Source: Microcystis aeruginosa NIES-843 (GTDB lineage Bacteria > Cyanobacteriota > Cyanobacteriia > Cyanobacteriales > Microcystaceae). From it: DNA of 32,000 bases. Of this stretch, positions 7,521 to 16,195 are shown one piece after another. Position 1 is the stretch's first letter, and each line of letters begins with the position of its first letter. The translations under genes were made by a program, and so were the position numbers. The stretch covers positions 3,900,001-3,932,000 of the forward strand of contig NC_010296.1 of the NCBI RefSeq assembly GCF_000010625.1, read 5' to 3'. The notes below the pieces were generated by a model. That model did not search any database. It was not told the origin of the DNA and saw nothing but the letters and a program-made list of their open reading frames with translations.

Positions 7521-8745
7521 CTTTTGCAAGATGTTTAAAGCGGCGTTTCTGTCTCGACAATCTGTGTATCCACAATGAGGACAAACATGGGTTCGAGTAG
7601 ATAGCGACTTTTGGACTTTTTGTCCACAATTAGAACAATTTTGAGACGTATTATGAGGTGAGACAGCTATAGTTAACTTGCCGTATTTGTCCCCAAAATA
7701 CTCTAGCCATTGCCTAAAAACAGACCATCCTGCATCGGTTATCGACTTGGCTAAATGACGATTTTTGACCATGCCTTTGATATTCAAGTTTTCATAGACG
7801 ATTAAGTCGTTAGACTTAACTAAACGGAGTGCCACACTTTTGACAAACTCTTCTCGTTGCCTACTTACTCTTAAATGTTTCCGAGCATATCGCTTTCTAG
7901 CTTTGTGATAATTACGAGATTGTTTTTTACCCTTACGGTATTTCTTTGACTTTTTTTTGTTTAATCGGTTTAGTTGTTTTTCAGCTTTTCGATAGTAGTT
8001 CGGACAATCAATTTGATGGCCTTCGCTATCTACTAAGAAAAACTTTAATCCGACATCAATCCCAGTGGCTTTCTGGGAAGGTGTTAAAGGCTTAACCGTG
8101 TCTCTGGGGTCTAATTTAAGGCAAAACTGCACATAATAACCATCGGCACGATTCAGGATTCTTACCCGTTTAATCTGGTCTGGTTGATAGTAATTAATAT
8201 CTCTAGAACCAATCAACTTAAGAGTGCCAATACCTTTTTTATCTGTAAAGGTAATATGGCGTTTATCTTTTGATAGCTTCCATCCAGATACTTTATACTC
8301 AACAGAACGGGAATGTTTTTTAAACTTAGGGTAGCCTTTCTTTCCTTTAACTTTATTTTGGCAATTATCGTAAAACCGAGTAATTGCCCGCAAGGTTCTT
8401 TCTACGGCAGTCTGGCAAGCATGGGAGTTTAAATCATCAACAAATTTAAACTCTTTCCTTAATGCTGTGTTGTACCGAAATAACTCTGTTTTGCCAACAC
8501 CCTGATTATCCATCCAATAACGCAGGACTTTATTCCGAACAAATTGGGTTGTCCGTATTGCCTCATTAATGGCTTCTATCTGATTAGGTTTTGGCTTAAC
8601 TTTGTATTCTAGTACAAACATTTTGACATTGCTCGATCGAGTATCAATATCTTAACACAAAATTCCTTAAGTTGACACGGCCCCCTGCCAACCGCCTGCT
8701 GCCTTTGTTGACGTGAGCCAAGAGGGATGCAAGGGATTGTCAATT
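7355..8745 (-). mobile_element. IS200/IS605-family TnpB-only element, type 2, copy with apparently truncated LE
   Basis: The RE tip GGGGAGCGTCAAC (complement of 7355..7367) is homologous to the tip of the element at 29539..30981. The LE-side similarity (TTGACAATCC) runs into the stop of the gene at 8745. The distal GGGATGAAA-hairpin part of the LE seen in the other copies is missing. Confidence 0.7.
7371..8621 (-). CDS. tnpB: TnpB-family protein, type 2
   Basis: 416 aa. TGIDVGLK, VYENLNIKGM and CRDRNAALNI RuvC motifs. CSNCG..CPHCG Zn ribbon. About two-thirds identical by eye to the ORF at 29577..30785. The C-terminal ~45 codons overlap the predicted omegaRNA and a GC-rich insert and may not be a conserved peptide. 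Confidence 0.88.
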   Translation of the reverse strand: MFVLEYKVKPKPNQIEAINEAIRTTQFVRNKVLRYWMDNQGVGKTELFRYNTALRKEFKFVDDLNSHACQTAVERTLRAITRFYDNCQNKVKGKKGYPKFKKHSRSVEYKVSGWKLSKDKRHITFTDKKGIGTLKLIGSRDINYYQPDQIKRVRILNRADGYYVQFCLKLDPRDTVKPLTPSQKATGIDVGLKFFLVDSEGHQIDCPNYYRKAEKQLNRLNKKKSKKYRKGKKQSRNYHKARKRYARKHLRVSRQREEFVKSVALRLVKSNDLIVYENLNIKGMVKNRHLAKSITDAGWSVFRQWLEYFGDKYGKLTIAVSPHNTSQNCSNCGQKVQKSLSTRTHVCPHCGYTDCRDRNAALNILQKGLSSVGRTQPPPTPPTSGRARGGGEIPSWLVGEILLANGDSMNEESPSL

Positions 8746-8999
8746 TAATCATATTTAATCTTAAAATAGAGAATTGTCCCCGCTAAGATAAAAGTAACAA
8801 AATTAGCGACGATAATCGGTTTGCTGCTCATATAAATCCCGTAGATGAGCCAGAGAAAAACCCCCAGACAAAAGCAAATAAACATAGTTAGGGACAAGTC
8901 CTTAGCGGAACGATAACGCCAAGTTTTCATCACTTGGGGTAAAAAAGAGACAGTGGTTAATATTCCCGCCACGATCCCGATTAGTTCAATAATATTCAC
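8745..8999 (-). CDS. SemiSWEET / PQ-loop family small sugar-transporter-like membrane protein
   Basis: 84 aa, three predicted TM helices, and the LPQVMKTW PQ-loop motif. Size and pattern match bacterial SemiSWEETs. Confidence 0.8.
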   Translation of the reverse strand: MNIIELIGIVAGILTTVSFLPQVMKTWRYRSAKDLSLTMFICFCLGVFLWLIYGIYMSSKPIIVANFVTFILAGTILYFKIKYD

Positions 9000-9126
9000 C
9001 GCTTATCCTCTTGGCTTAGTTTCTCTCATTTTAAACTGTTGACTATCTAAATTACGCCTGAAGACGGCTCTCTCGACATCATGGGGGTAAAGTGTTCATA
9101 AATGTGACATTTTTTCCCCATTGTTG

Positions 9127-9627
9127 CTATTGAGCGATTACTATCACTGAAGTGCCGATTTTTACCTTTTCAAATAAAGCCTTTATATCTCGATCGCGCA
9201 TCCTGACGCAACCGTGGGAGACGGCCCGGCCGATGAGATTTTCTTGCGGTGTACCGTGAAAACCGATAAAATTCGCGCCATCGGTCCAAAATCCGATCCA
9301 ACGCGCCCCTAAAGGGTTGTTTTTTCCCGATGGCACCAGTTGCCCGGTGAAAGGATGTTCCCAGACTGGTTCCCGCACCATATGAATCACCCTAAATTGT
9401 CCCGTCGGGGTTTCCCAACCCCGACGACCGATCGCCACTGGGTAAGAAGCAATTATTTTCTGTCCTTGGTAAACAAAAACCCGTCTTTTTTTTAAATTCA
9501 GCAGCAAACGGGTTTCCGTTCGGGTTGCCGTGGTTGCGGGAAGGGAATTGCCCAGACTAATCGGGGGATTGAGGAAAAATTCCCCTATTCCTAGACATAA
9601 ACAGAGAATCGGCAGCAAAACTCGCAT
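9127..9627 (-). CDS. L,D-transpeptidase (YkuD domain), secreted
   Basis: Signal peptide MRVLLPILCLCLGIG. Catalytic motif FHGT...SHGCVRM. Confidence 0.9.
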   Translation of the reverse strand: MRVLLPILCLCLGIGEFFLNPPISLGNSLPATTATRTETRLLLNLKKRRVFVYQGQKIIASYPVAIGRRGWETPTGQFRVIHMVREPVWEHPFTGQLVPSGKNNPLGARWIGFWTDGANFIGFHGTPQENLIGRAVSHGCVRMRDRDIKALFEKVKIGTSVIVIAQ

Positions 9628-9756
9628 CTGATACCAGCAAAGTCAAAATTTTTATCTGTATTCTAATCTGATTGTGAGGATGTCAAACCGTCGATATGGT
9701 GAGTGCGGGGGGGAAGGATAAAATCGGAGTCGAGTTGGGCTAATTCGGTTACCTAA

Positions 9757-11221
9757 AATGTCGGATGAATGCCCCCGCTAAATTTTTCGACAAGACATCA
9801 ACCTTTGCGGGGGATGAAATCCGACCAAGATATTAACTGCGAAGCACGATTTTAATTCTACCATTTGTAGGTAAACTGTGTTATACTTAATTTACCCAGG
9901 GTCGAGTATTAATCAATGCTAGTCGTAGAAGCGAAGCTAAAAAACGGGACACCAGAGCAATATCACCGGCTTGATGAAGCTATCAAAACTTCTCAGTTTG
10001 TGCGTAACTCTTGTGTTCGTTATTGGCGGTCCAATAAGGGGACAACCCGTAATGATCTCCAAAAACTTTGTGCGGTACTAGCTAACAATAAAGAGACACC
10101 TTATGTTAATAAATTAAACTCTCAAGCTCGTCAATCGGCTGCTGATAGAGCCTGGCAATCAATTAGTCGATTTTATCATAATTGTCGTGCCAATATATCA
10201 GGGAAAAAAGGTTTTCCTCGGTTCAAAAAGCATAGCCGTTCGGTTGAATACAAACTAACGGGCTACCAACTATCAGATAATCGACGTAAAATCAGATTTA
10301 CTGACGGTTTTAAAGCAGGAGAATTTGATTTATGGTGTAGTCAAAAGACATTAGTTTATTATTCAGAACAACAGATTAAACGGGTAAGAGTTGTTAGACG
10401 TGCTGACGGTTATTGTTGTCAGTTTTTGATTGACCTAGAACGGCAAGAATACCATAAACCAACGGGACAAATAACAGGAATTGACTTAGGGTTAAAGGAA
10501 TTTTATACCGACGCTCAAGGCAATACCGTAGAAAATCCACGTTATTTAAGCAAGTCAGAAAAACGACTGAAAAAAGCACAAAGGAGATTATCAAAACGAT
10601 TTCGTCAAGGAAAGAAACAGTCTAAAAACTATCACAAGCAACGGATAAAAGTTGCCAAGCTTCATCTTAAAGTATCAAGACAACGTAAAGACAAAGCAAT
10701 TAAAGATGCTTTGGCGTTAGTCCAGTCTAATGATCTGGTAGTTTATGAAGCTTTAAAGGTAAGAAACTTAGTCAAAAACCATAAGCTGTCTAAGTCGATT
10801 TCTGATGCTTCTTGGTATCAATTCACTGAATGGTTGAATTATTTTGCCAAGATTTATCGGATTGTCTGTGTTGCTGTTCCTCCCCATTTCACGACTCAAG
10901 ATTGTTCAGTTTGTGGGACGAGAGTTCAAAAAACATTAAGCACTAGAACTCATCAATGTCCCAATTGTCAAACAGTCTTGGATAGGGATCATAATGCAGC
11001 AATAAATATTCTTAAAAAAGGGTTACAATATTTGGGAAATCATCTCAACGGTACTGTTGGGCAAACAGAAACCGACCCAAACGCCTTGGGAGAGTCCGAC
11101 CTCTGGGTTTTCAGTGGAGACATTGAGAATCTAAGCTGTCTCGTTGAACAAGGAATTTCTAACAGCGATGTGGAAAGAATCCCCCGTCACAGCGTAGCTT
11201 GACGGTGGGAGTATGTCAAAC
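9757..11221 (+). mobile_element. IS200/IS605-family TnpB-only element, type 3
   Basis: The LE (AATGTCGG...CCCCCGC..GCGGGGGATGAAATCCGACC...GCGAAGCACGA) is homologous to the LE of the element at 29539..30981. The RE ends in GGGAGTATGTCAAAC (11207..11221). Confidence 0.75.
9916..11202 (+). CDS. tnpB: TnpB-family protein, type 3
   Basis: 428 aa. TGIDLGLK, VYEALKV and LDRDHNAAINI motifs. CSVCG..CPNCQ Zn ribbon. N-terminal EAIKTSQFVRNSCVRYW is shared with type 2. Confidence 0.88.
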   Translation: MLVVEAKLKNGTPEQYHRLDEAIKTSQFVRNSCVRYWRSNKGTTRNDLQKLCAVLANNKETPYVNKLNSQARQSAADRAWQSISRFYHNCRANISGKKGFPRFKKHSRSVEYKLTGYQLSDNRRKIRFTDGFKAGEFDLWCSQKTLVYYSEQQIKRVRVVRRADGYCCQFLIDLERQEYHKPTGQITGIDLGLKEFYTDAQGNTVENPRYLSKSEKRLKKAQRRLSKRFRQGKKQSKNYHKQRIKVAKLHLKVSRQRKDKAIKDALALVQSNDLVVYEALKVRNLVKNHKLSKSISDASWYQFTEWLNYFAKIYRIVCVAVPPHFTTQDCSVCGTRVQKTLSTRTHQCPNCQTVLDRDHNAAINILKKGLQYLGNHLNGTVGQTETDPNALGESDLWVFSGDIENLSCLVEQGISNSDVERIPRHSVA

Positions 11222-11241
11222 TAATCCATAGCTGGAATATT
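11040..11241 (+). ncRNA. Predicted omegaRNA of type-3 element
   Basis: Hairpin CCGTCA..TGACGG precedes the tip GTATGTCAAAC. The guide would be 11222..11241. The 5' end is uncertain. Confidence 0.35.
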
Positions 11242-11412
11242 AACTTTTGTAACTTTGACATCCTCACCGCCGTAAACGGACGGCGATTCCCAAACCTCAC
11301 GATTTGGGTTTCTGCTTCTTTCCCGAAGGATTTTTCGCACCTGCCTTAACAGATTTACTCTGTTCTGGTCTTATGGTCGCTCTACAGACTGACACCGCAA
11401 GCCCTGCGGCCA
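11234..11412 (-). ncRNA. Predicted omegaRNA of type-1 copy 2
   Basis: Same reasoning as copy 1. The guide would be the complement of 11234..11253. Confidence 0.4.
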
Positions 11413-12574
11413 AAATATTTTTACTAGCGTTAACATCTCGGTCATGGTGTGTCCCACAGTCTGGACAATCCCATTCTCGAACATTTAACGGCATCTTTTC
11501 GACAATATGCCCGCAATTACTACACCTTTTAGAGCTAGGAAACCATCTATCTATTTCGATGTAATTTCTCCCATACCAACGGCATTTATAGGCTAATTGT
11601 CGGGTGATTTCACCCCAGCTTACATCAGATATTGCCTGAGATAATTTCGGGTTTTTGACCATATTCTTAACGGCTAAATTCTCAACCACAATCGTTTGGT
11701 TTTCACGAACTAATTGAGTGGTTAGCTTGTGTAAATGGTCTTTCCTGCTATCGGTGATTTGAGCGTGAATTTTGGCTAATTTGATTCTTGCCTTTTCTCG
11801 ATTCTTTGAGCCTTTCTGTTTTCTAGAAAGATTTTTTTGTGCTTTTCGCAGTCTCCGATAATGCTTGTTAAAATGCTTGGGATTAGATACTTTATCGCCA
11901 TTGCTAGTAATCACGAGGCTACTAATTCCTAAGTCAATTCCGATGGCTTTATCTGTTACTGGTAATGGCTTAATCGTTGGGTCATCAAATCTAATTGAAA
12001 TATGCCAACGTCCAGAAGGATGTAATCTGACCGTTACTGTACTTGGTTCACAGCTTTCTGGTATTTGTCTTGACCATCGAATAGGTAAAGGTTCTGTGCA
12101 TTTGGCTAAATAGATTTGTTTGTCTTTAAATTTAAAAGCAGATTTGGTAAATTCGGCACTTCCTCCCTGATGTTTTTTCTTAAAGTTAGGATACTTAGTA
12201 CGACCAGCAAAGAAATTAGTAAAAGCTGTTTGTAGGTGTCTTAACCCTTGTTGTAAAGGTACACAGCTAACTTCGTTTAAAAAGTCTAATTCTTCTTGCT
12301 TTTTCCAATCGGTCAACATTGAAGAAGTTTGAGCGTAGCCTACTCTTTCTTGCTTTTCGTACCAAGCTTGTGTTCTGACATGGAGAGCTTTGTTGTAAAC
12401 TAATCTTACACAGCCCAATGTGCGCCGCAATAGCGACTCTTGTTCTGGTGTGGGGTAAAATCGGTAAGAATAGGCTTTTTCCATATCTCGCATTTTAGCA
12501 TATATTTCGTAAATGTGCTAATATTTAACGGTAAAGCCGTCGTAGAACGACGGGGTTTCAGACCCAAATTTTCG
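11254..12574 (-). mobile_element. IS200/IS605-family TnpB-only element, type 1, copy 2 (inverted relative to copy 1)
   Basis: Same LE and RE as 6006..7328. LE hairpin CCGTCG-TTCTA-CGACGG (complement of 12537..12553). The RE tip is GTGAGGATGTCAAA. Confidence 0.85.
11297..12484 (-). CDS. tnpB: TnpB, intact, type 1 copy 2
   Basis: The start is set at MEKAYSYRF (12484) by comparison with copy 1, where the upstream ATG is followed by a stop. There are 11 aa differences from copy 1. All RuvC and Zn motifs are retained. Confidence 0.9.
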   Translation of the reverse strand: MEKAYSYRFYPTPEQESLLRRTLGCVRLVYNKALHVRTQAWYEKQERVGYAQTSSMLTDWKKQEELDFLNEVSCVPLQQGLRHLQTAFTNFFAGRTKYPNFKKKHQGGSAEFTKSAFKFKDKQIYLAKCTEPLPIRWSRQIPESCEPSTVTVRLHPSGRWHISIRFDDPTIKPLPVTDKAIGIDLGISSLVITSNGDKVSNPKHFNKHYRRLRKAQKNLSRKQKGSKNREKARIKLAKIHAQITDSRKDHLHKLTTQLVRENQTIVVENLAVKNMVKNPKLSQAISDVSWGEITRQLAYKCRWYGRNYIEIDRWFPSSKRCSNCGHIVEKMPLNVREWDCPDCGTHHDRDVNASKNILAAGLAVSVCRATIRPEQSKSVKAGAKNPSGKKQKPKS

Positions 12575-13450
12575 ATGACCGCCGCTATTGCTCTCGATCG
12601 CGTTTCTAAAATCTATAACAATCTCCCAGTAGTTAACGAGCTTTCCTTTGCCATCGAAAAAGGGGAAATCTTTGGTTTACTCGGTCCCAACGGTGCGGGA
12701 AAATCGACGACAATCCGCATGATTATCACCCTAACCGAAGCAAGTCAAGGAGAAATCGCAGTGGCGGGGTATGATGTGAAAAAATACCGCGATCAGGTGA
12801 AGAAAAATATAGGGGTAGTCTTACAACAGATTAGCGTTGATGGGGAATTAACCGTCTGGGAAAATATGGAATTTCACGGCCGGATGCACCATATCCCCAA
12901 TCCCCAGAGACAGGAATTAATCGATCGCTATTTAGATTATGTCAGTTTAAGCGATCGAAAATCTGCCCTTGCCAAAACTCTTTCCGGAGGGATGAAACGA
13001 CGTTTACAGATTGCTCGCGCTCTTCTTCACGAACCAAAAATACTCTTTCTCGATGAACCGACGGTCGGTTTAGACCCCCAAAATCGTCGTCGTTTGTGGG
13101 AAGTAATTCGCGATTTAAACCAGCAAGGAATGACAATTTTATTAACCACTCACTACATGGAAGAAGTGGAATTTCTCTGTCAGGATAACGCCACGGGAAA
13201 ACTGGGCAGAATTGGCATTATGGACGCAGGCAAATTAATCGAATTAGGAACTATAAGGGATTTTCGCACTAAGTATGGCGAGGGTTTAGTTATCAAACAA
13301 GTTGGCGATAAAATCGATTATAAATTCTTCCCCACCGTGGCTGATGCCAATGCCTATCTTGACAGTTTGAGCGATAAAACTGGAGTAATGTGCCGTCCCT
13401 CCAATCTCGAAGATATCTTTGTGGAACTGACGGGACATCAATTAGATTAA
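12575..13450 (+). CDS. ABC transporter ATP-binding protein (DrrA/ABC-2-associated type)
   Basis: Walker A GPNGAGKST, signature LSGGMKRR, Walker B ILFLDEPT. The ORF-track start 12440 is rejected because those 45 codons are antisense to the IS LE. The start is set at the ATG at 12575. Confidence 0.88.
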   Translation: MTAAIALDRVSKIYNNLPVVNELSFAIEKGEIFGLLGPNGAGKSTTIRMIITLTEASQGEIAVAGYDVKKYRDQVKKNIGVVLQQISVDGELTVWENMEFHGRMHHIPNPQRQELIDRYLDYVSLSDRKSALAKTLSGGMKRRLQIARALLHEPKILFLDEPTVGLDPQNRRRLWEVIRDLNQQGMTILLTTHYMEEVEFLCQDNATGKLGRIGIMDAGKLIELGTIRDFRTKYGEGLVIKQVGDKIDYKFFPTVADANAYLDSLSDKTGVMCRPSNLEDIFVELTGHQLD

Positions 13451-13805
13451 ATTCTTGGTTTGGCTGTTAGGAAGTTGTTCAGTTATCGGTCTTTGACTCC
13501 GGTTTTTCTGAGATTAGCTGTGTTTAAATCGGCATTTCTTGGCTCTTATCTGATGTCTATTTTATTGGCAAACCTGCTAGAGTCTAGGTCAATTAGCTGA
13601 GGCTGTCCCTAAAAACCGAGTTCAACCCTAAAAAAAGAGGCTTTTAGCGGTTTTTAAGCTTTTTGAGCCAGATAAATGGCCTAGGAAGGGAACTTTTTCC
13701 CGAGAGGGAGAGTCATCGGGAACTGGATAAAAACTAGATTCCCCTCTCGATCGATAGACAAAATTGACGGTAATCGTTTAGAATAAAGCACTGAATACTG
13801 ACAAG

Positions 13806-14624
13806 ATGACAATTATCCCTATGACCGATCTCCAGGCAAAAACTAGATGGTCAACAGCGCGGCGATATTACGAGTTGCTTAGTGTTTTAGTGGAACGTAA
13901 TCTCAAGGGACGCTATCGGGGTTCTTTTCTGGGGGTTTACTGGTCCTTGTTAAATCCCCTGATTATGACTGCACTATACACGGCAATTTTCGGCACGGTT
14001 TTCGCCTCTTATTTTGATAATTCTATAGTTAACTATGTCCTAGCGGCTTTCACTGGTTTAGTAGTAATAAATTTTTTTAATGCTTCCACTAACCAAGCTT
14101 TACCTAGTATCGTCGGTAATGGCAGTATTCTAAATAAAATTCGTCTGCCGGTTAGCATCTTTCCCGTTTCTATGGTAGTGGCAAATATTTTTCAATTTGC
14201 TATTAGTATCTTTCCCCTTTTGGCTATAGTAACTCTCTGGAAATCTCAAAGTTTAATTAATGTAATTGCTCTGATTTTTCCCGTGATCGGTCTTTCTCTG
14301 GTTTGCACGGGAGTGGGTTTTTTTGTCAGTACCCTCTACGTTTTCTTCAGAGACTTACCCTATTTTTACGAAATTGTTTGTTTTGTCGCTTGGATTAGCA
14401 GCCCGATTTTTTATCCCCCGGAAATTATTCCTCCTTCCGTACAACCATTCCTCCTATTAAACCCATTATTGCCGGTAATCGAAAGTATTCGCCAATTGTC
14501 CCTTTCCCCCGGATTACCGGATTTTGGTTTGATTTTTCAATCTCTACTCGGTGGTATCATCATCTTAGGAATTGGTTGGACTTGCTTCCGACTCTGGCGA
14601 CATTTATTTATGGATTTATTATAA
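13806..14624 (+). CDS. ABC-2 type polysaccharide/glycolipid export permease (Wzm/TagG/KpsM-like)
   Basis: 272 aa with about 6 TM helices. The N-terminal YYELLSVLVERNLKGRYRGSFLGVYWSLLNPL motif is typical of this family. Confidence 0.85.
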   Translation: MTIIPMTDLQAKTRWSTARRYYELLSVLVERNLKGRYRGSFLGVYWSLLNPLIMTALYTAIFGTVFASYFDNSIVNYVLAAFTGLVVINFFNASTNQALPSIVGNGSILNKIRLPVSIFPVSMVVANIFQFAISIFPLLAIVTLWKSQSLINVIALIFPVIGLSLVCTGVGFFVSTLYVFFRDLPYFYEIVCFVAWISSPIFYPPEIIPPSVQPFLLLNPLLPVIESIRQLSLSPGLPDFGLIFQSLLGGIIILGIGWTCFRLWRHLFMDLL

Positions 14625-15380
14625 ATGACAGAAGTAATTCGACTCGATCAAGTGTCTCTCGAAAGACGTACTCAAGAAGAATTCTCCTACGATCTAAAAA
14701 GGACAATCTTCTCTATTCTTGAAGGTAAATATCGTCAACCGGCCAAAAAATTAGTTCTAGATGATATAGATTTAGTCATTAATTCTGGAGCAAAATTAGG
14801 TATCATTGGAGCTAATGGCGCAGGAAAATCTACTCTCTTAAAAGTTATTTGTGGTATTCTGGAACCGACAAAGGGACAGGTGAGAGTCAGGGGACAAATT
14901 GCCTCTCTAATTGAATTAGGAGCGGGTTTTGATCCAGATTTACCAGTAAAAGATAATATTATTCTCTATGGGGTAATGCTGGGATTTTCCCGTCAGGAAA
15001 TGAAGGAAAAAACCAAAGATATCCTTGACTTTGCTGAGTTAGAAGAATATATGGGAGCGCCGGTGAAATCTCTTTCTTCCGGGATGGTGGCTCGTTTAGG
15101 ATTTGCGATCGCAACAGAGGTTCACCCCGATATTCTTATTCTTGATGAAGTCCTTTCCGTCGGGGATGAAAGTTTTAAAAATAAGTGTAAACGACGGTTA
15201 AAAAAATTCTGGAATTCTAACGCTACTATTTTAGTAGTTTCCCACGATTTGACTTTAATTCAAGAGTCCTGTAACCAAGCAATTTGGCTGAATAAGGGCC
15301 AGTTGCAATGTCAGGGTGCATCGGAAGATGTAATCAAGTTTTATTTGGATTCCGTGCATCAAAACGAAGTTAATTTTTAA
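14625..15380 (+). CDS. ABC transporter ATP-binding protein (Wzt/TagH/KpsT-like, short form)
   Basis: Walker A GANGAGKST, signature LSSGMVARL, Walker B ILILDEV. The ATG directly follows the permease stop, which suggests translational coupling. Confidence 0.88.
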   Translation: MTEVIRLDQVSLERRTQEEFSYDLKRTIFSILEGKYRQPAKKLVLDDIDLVINSGAKLGIIGANGAGKSTLLKVICGILEPTKGQVRVRGQIASLIELGAGFDPDLPVKDNIILYGVMLGFSRQEMKEKTKDILDFAELEEYMGAPVKSLSSGMVARLGFAIATEVHPDILILDEVLSVGDESFKNKCKRRLKKFWNSNATILVVSHDLTLIQESCNQAIWLNKGQLQCQGASEDVIKFYLDSVHQNEVNF

Positions 15381-15435
15381 TTAAGTAGGTAATCTTAATT
15401 AATTGTTAGATAGTAATAATGTATCTACGTTTTAC

Positions 15436-15580
15436 TTAAGTAGCTGGTTATAATTAAATTAAAAATGGATTTTAGGTTCGATCCCCCCTGCCCCCCTTGA
15501 TAAGGGGGGTGCCGATCCCCCCTTAATCCCCCCTTAATAAGGGGGGGATCTGAAAGTTTTTAATACCCACCTACTTAGGG
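15436..15580. repeat. MITE-like element with TTAAGTAG / CTACTTAG termini and GC-rich internal hairpins
   Basis: The first 81 bp (15436..15516) are identical to 21616..21696. Terminal inverted repeat TAAGTAGCTGG / CCACCTACTTA. Internal CCCCCCTTGATAAGGGGGG and CCCCCCTTAATAAGGGGGGG hairpins. Confidence 0.75.
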
Positions 15581-15608
15581 GCTGCTGAAAAAGTTTTTCG
15601 TGGGGGCA

Positions 15609-15640
15609 GGGTGTGGGGTGTGGGGTGTGGGGTGTGGGGT
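15609..15640. repeat. Heptamer STRR array (GGGTGTG)x4.5
   Basis: Read directly. Contains four G4 runs spaced by TGT. Confidence 0.9.
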
Positions 15641-16195
15641 TTTACCCATTTTCAGGTGGTCAATTACCTAATTTTCAGGGAAAAAATCCCTAAATTTTCC
15701 CCCCAATCACTCCAATGGTAGGCACTTTTTCAGGGAAAAAAAGTCTAAAAGCTTTATCCAACAAGGTTTTTAGATTTATTCAGCAAACCCTACTTAGTCG
15801 AAAACGCTGTAACCAAATAAAAAACCTCGGTGTCCAGCCGAGGTAGCGCTAAGTTATGTAGGAGAACTCAAGCAAATCTGTCAATGGGGCAAACCCAAAC
15901 CCCGAAAACTTTTTTAAGCTAGTCAGCCCAGTTTTTCACCGTTGTCTCGGACTAAGGGAATCATATTTTGTCTGATACTCCCCGAAACAATCTGAACTGG
16001 CTTGGTGTCTTGGCTGTTTTGCTTTAACTTTTAGCTCATGTAAATAAATGTAACAATATTTTTACGAATTGTAAAGAAGAATTGACAAAATAAAACTTAT
16101 ATGTAACATAAGCTAAGTTAATATTTTTCGCCGATCGAAGCTAGGGGGGTAATAATAGAGAGATTGGTTCACTAGCGTGACAAGGTGTACCCAGA

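Noticed and set aside
6002-12578. The inverted type-1 pair as a composite transposon mobilising the interior
   Set aside because: IS200/IS605 transposition is single-strand specific and needs LE and RE on the same strand. The outer ends here are two LEs on opposite strands. TnpA-mediated mobilisation of the whole block is therefore not expected. Homologous-recombination inversion is the more plausible consequence.
15465-15492. tRNA-like T-arm sequence GGTTCGATCCCCC inside the MITE core (also at 21645..21672)
   Set aside because: No acceptor stem, D-arm or anticodon arm can be built around it. It occurs within a repeated element. At most it hints at a tRNA-derived origin for the MITE.
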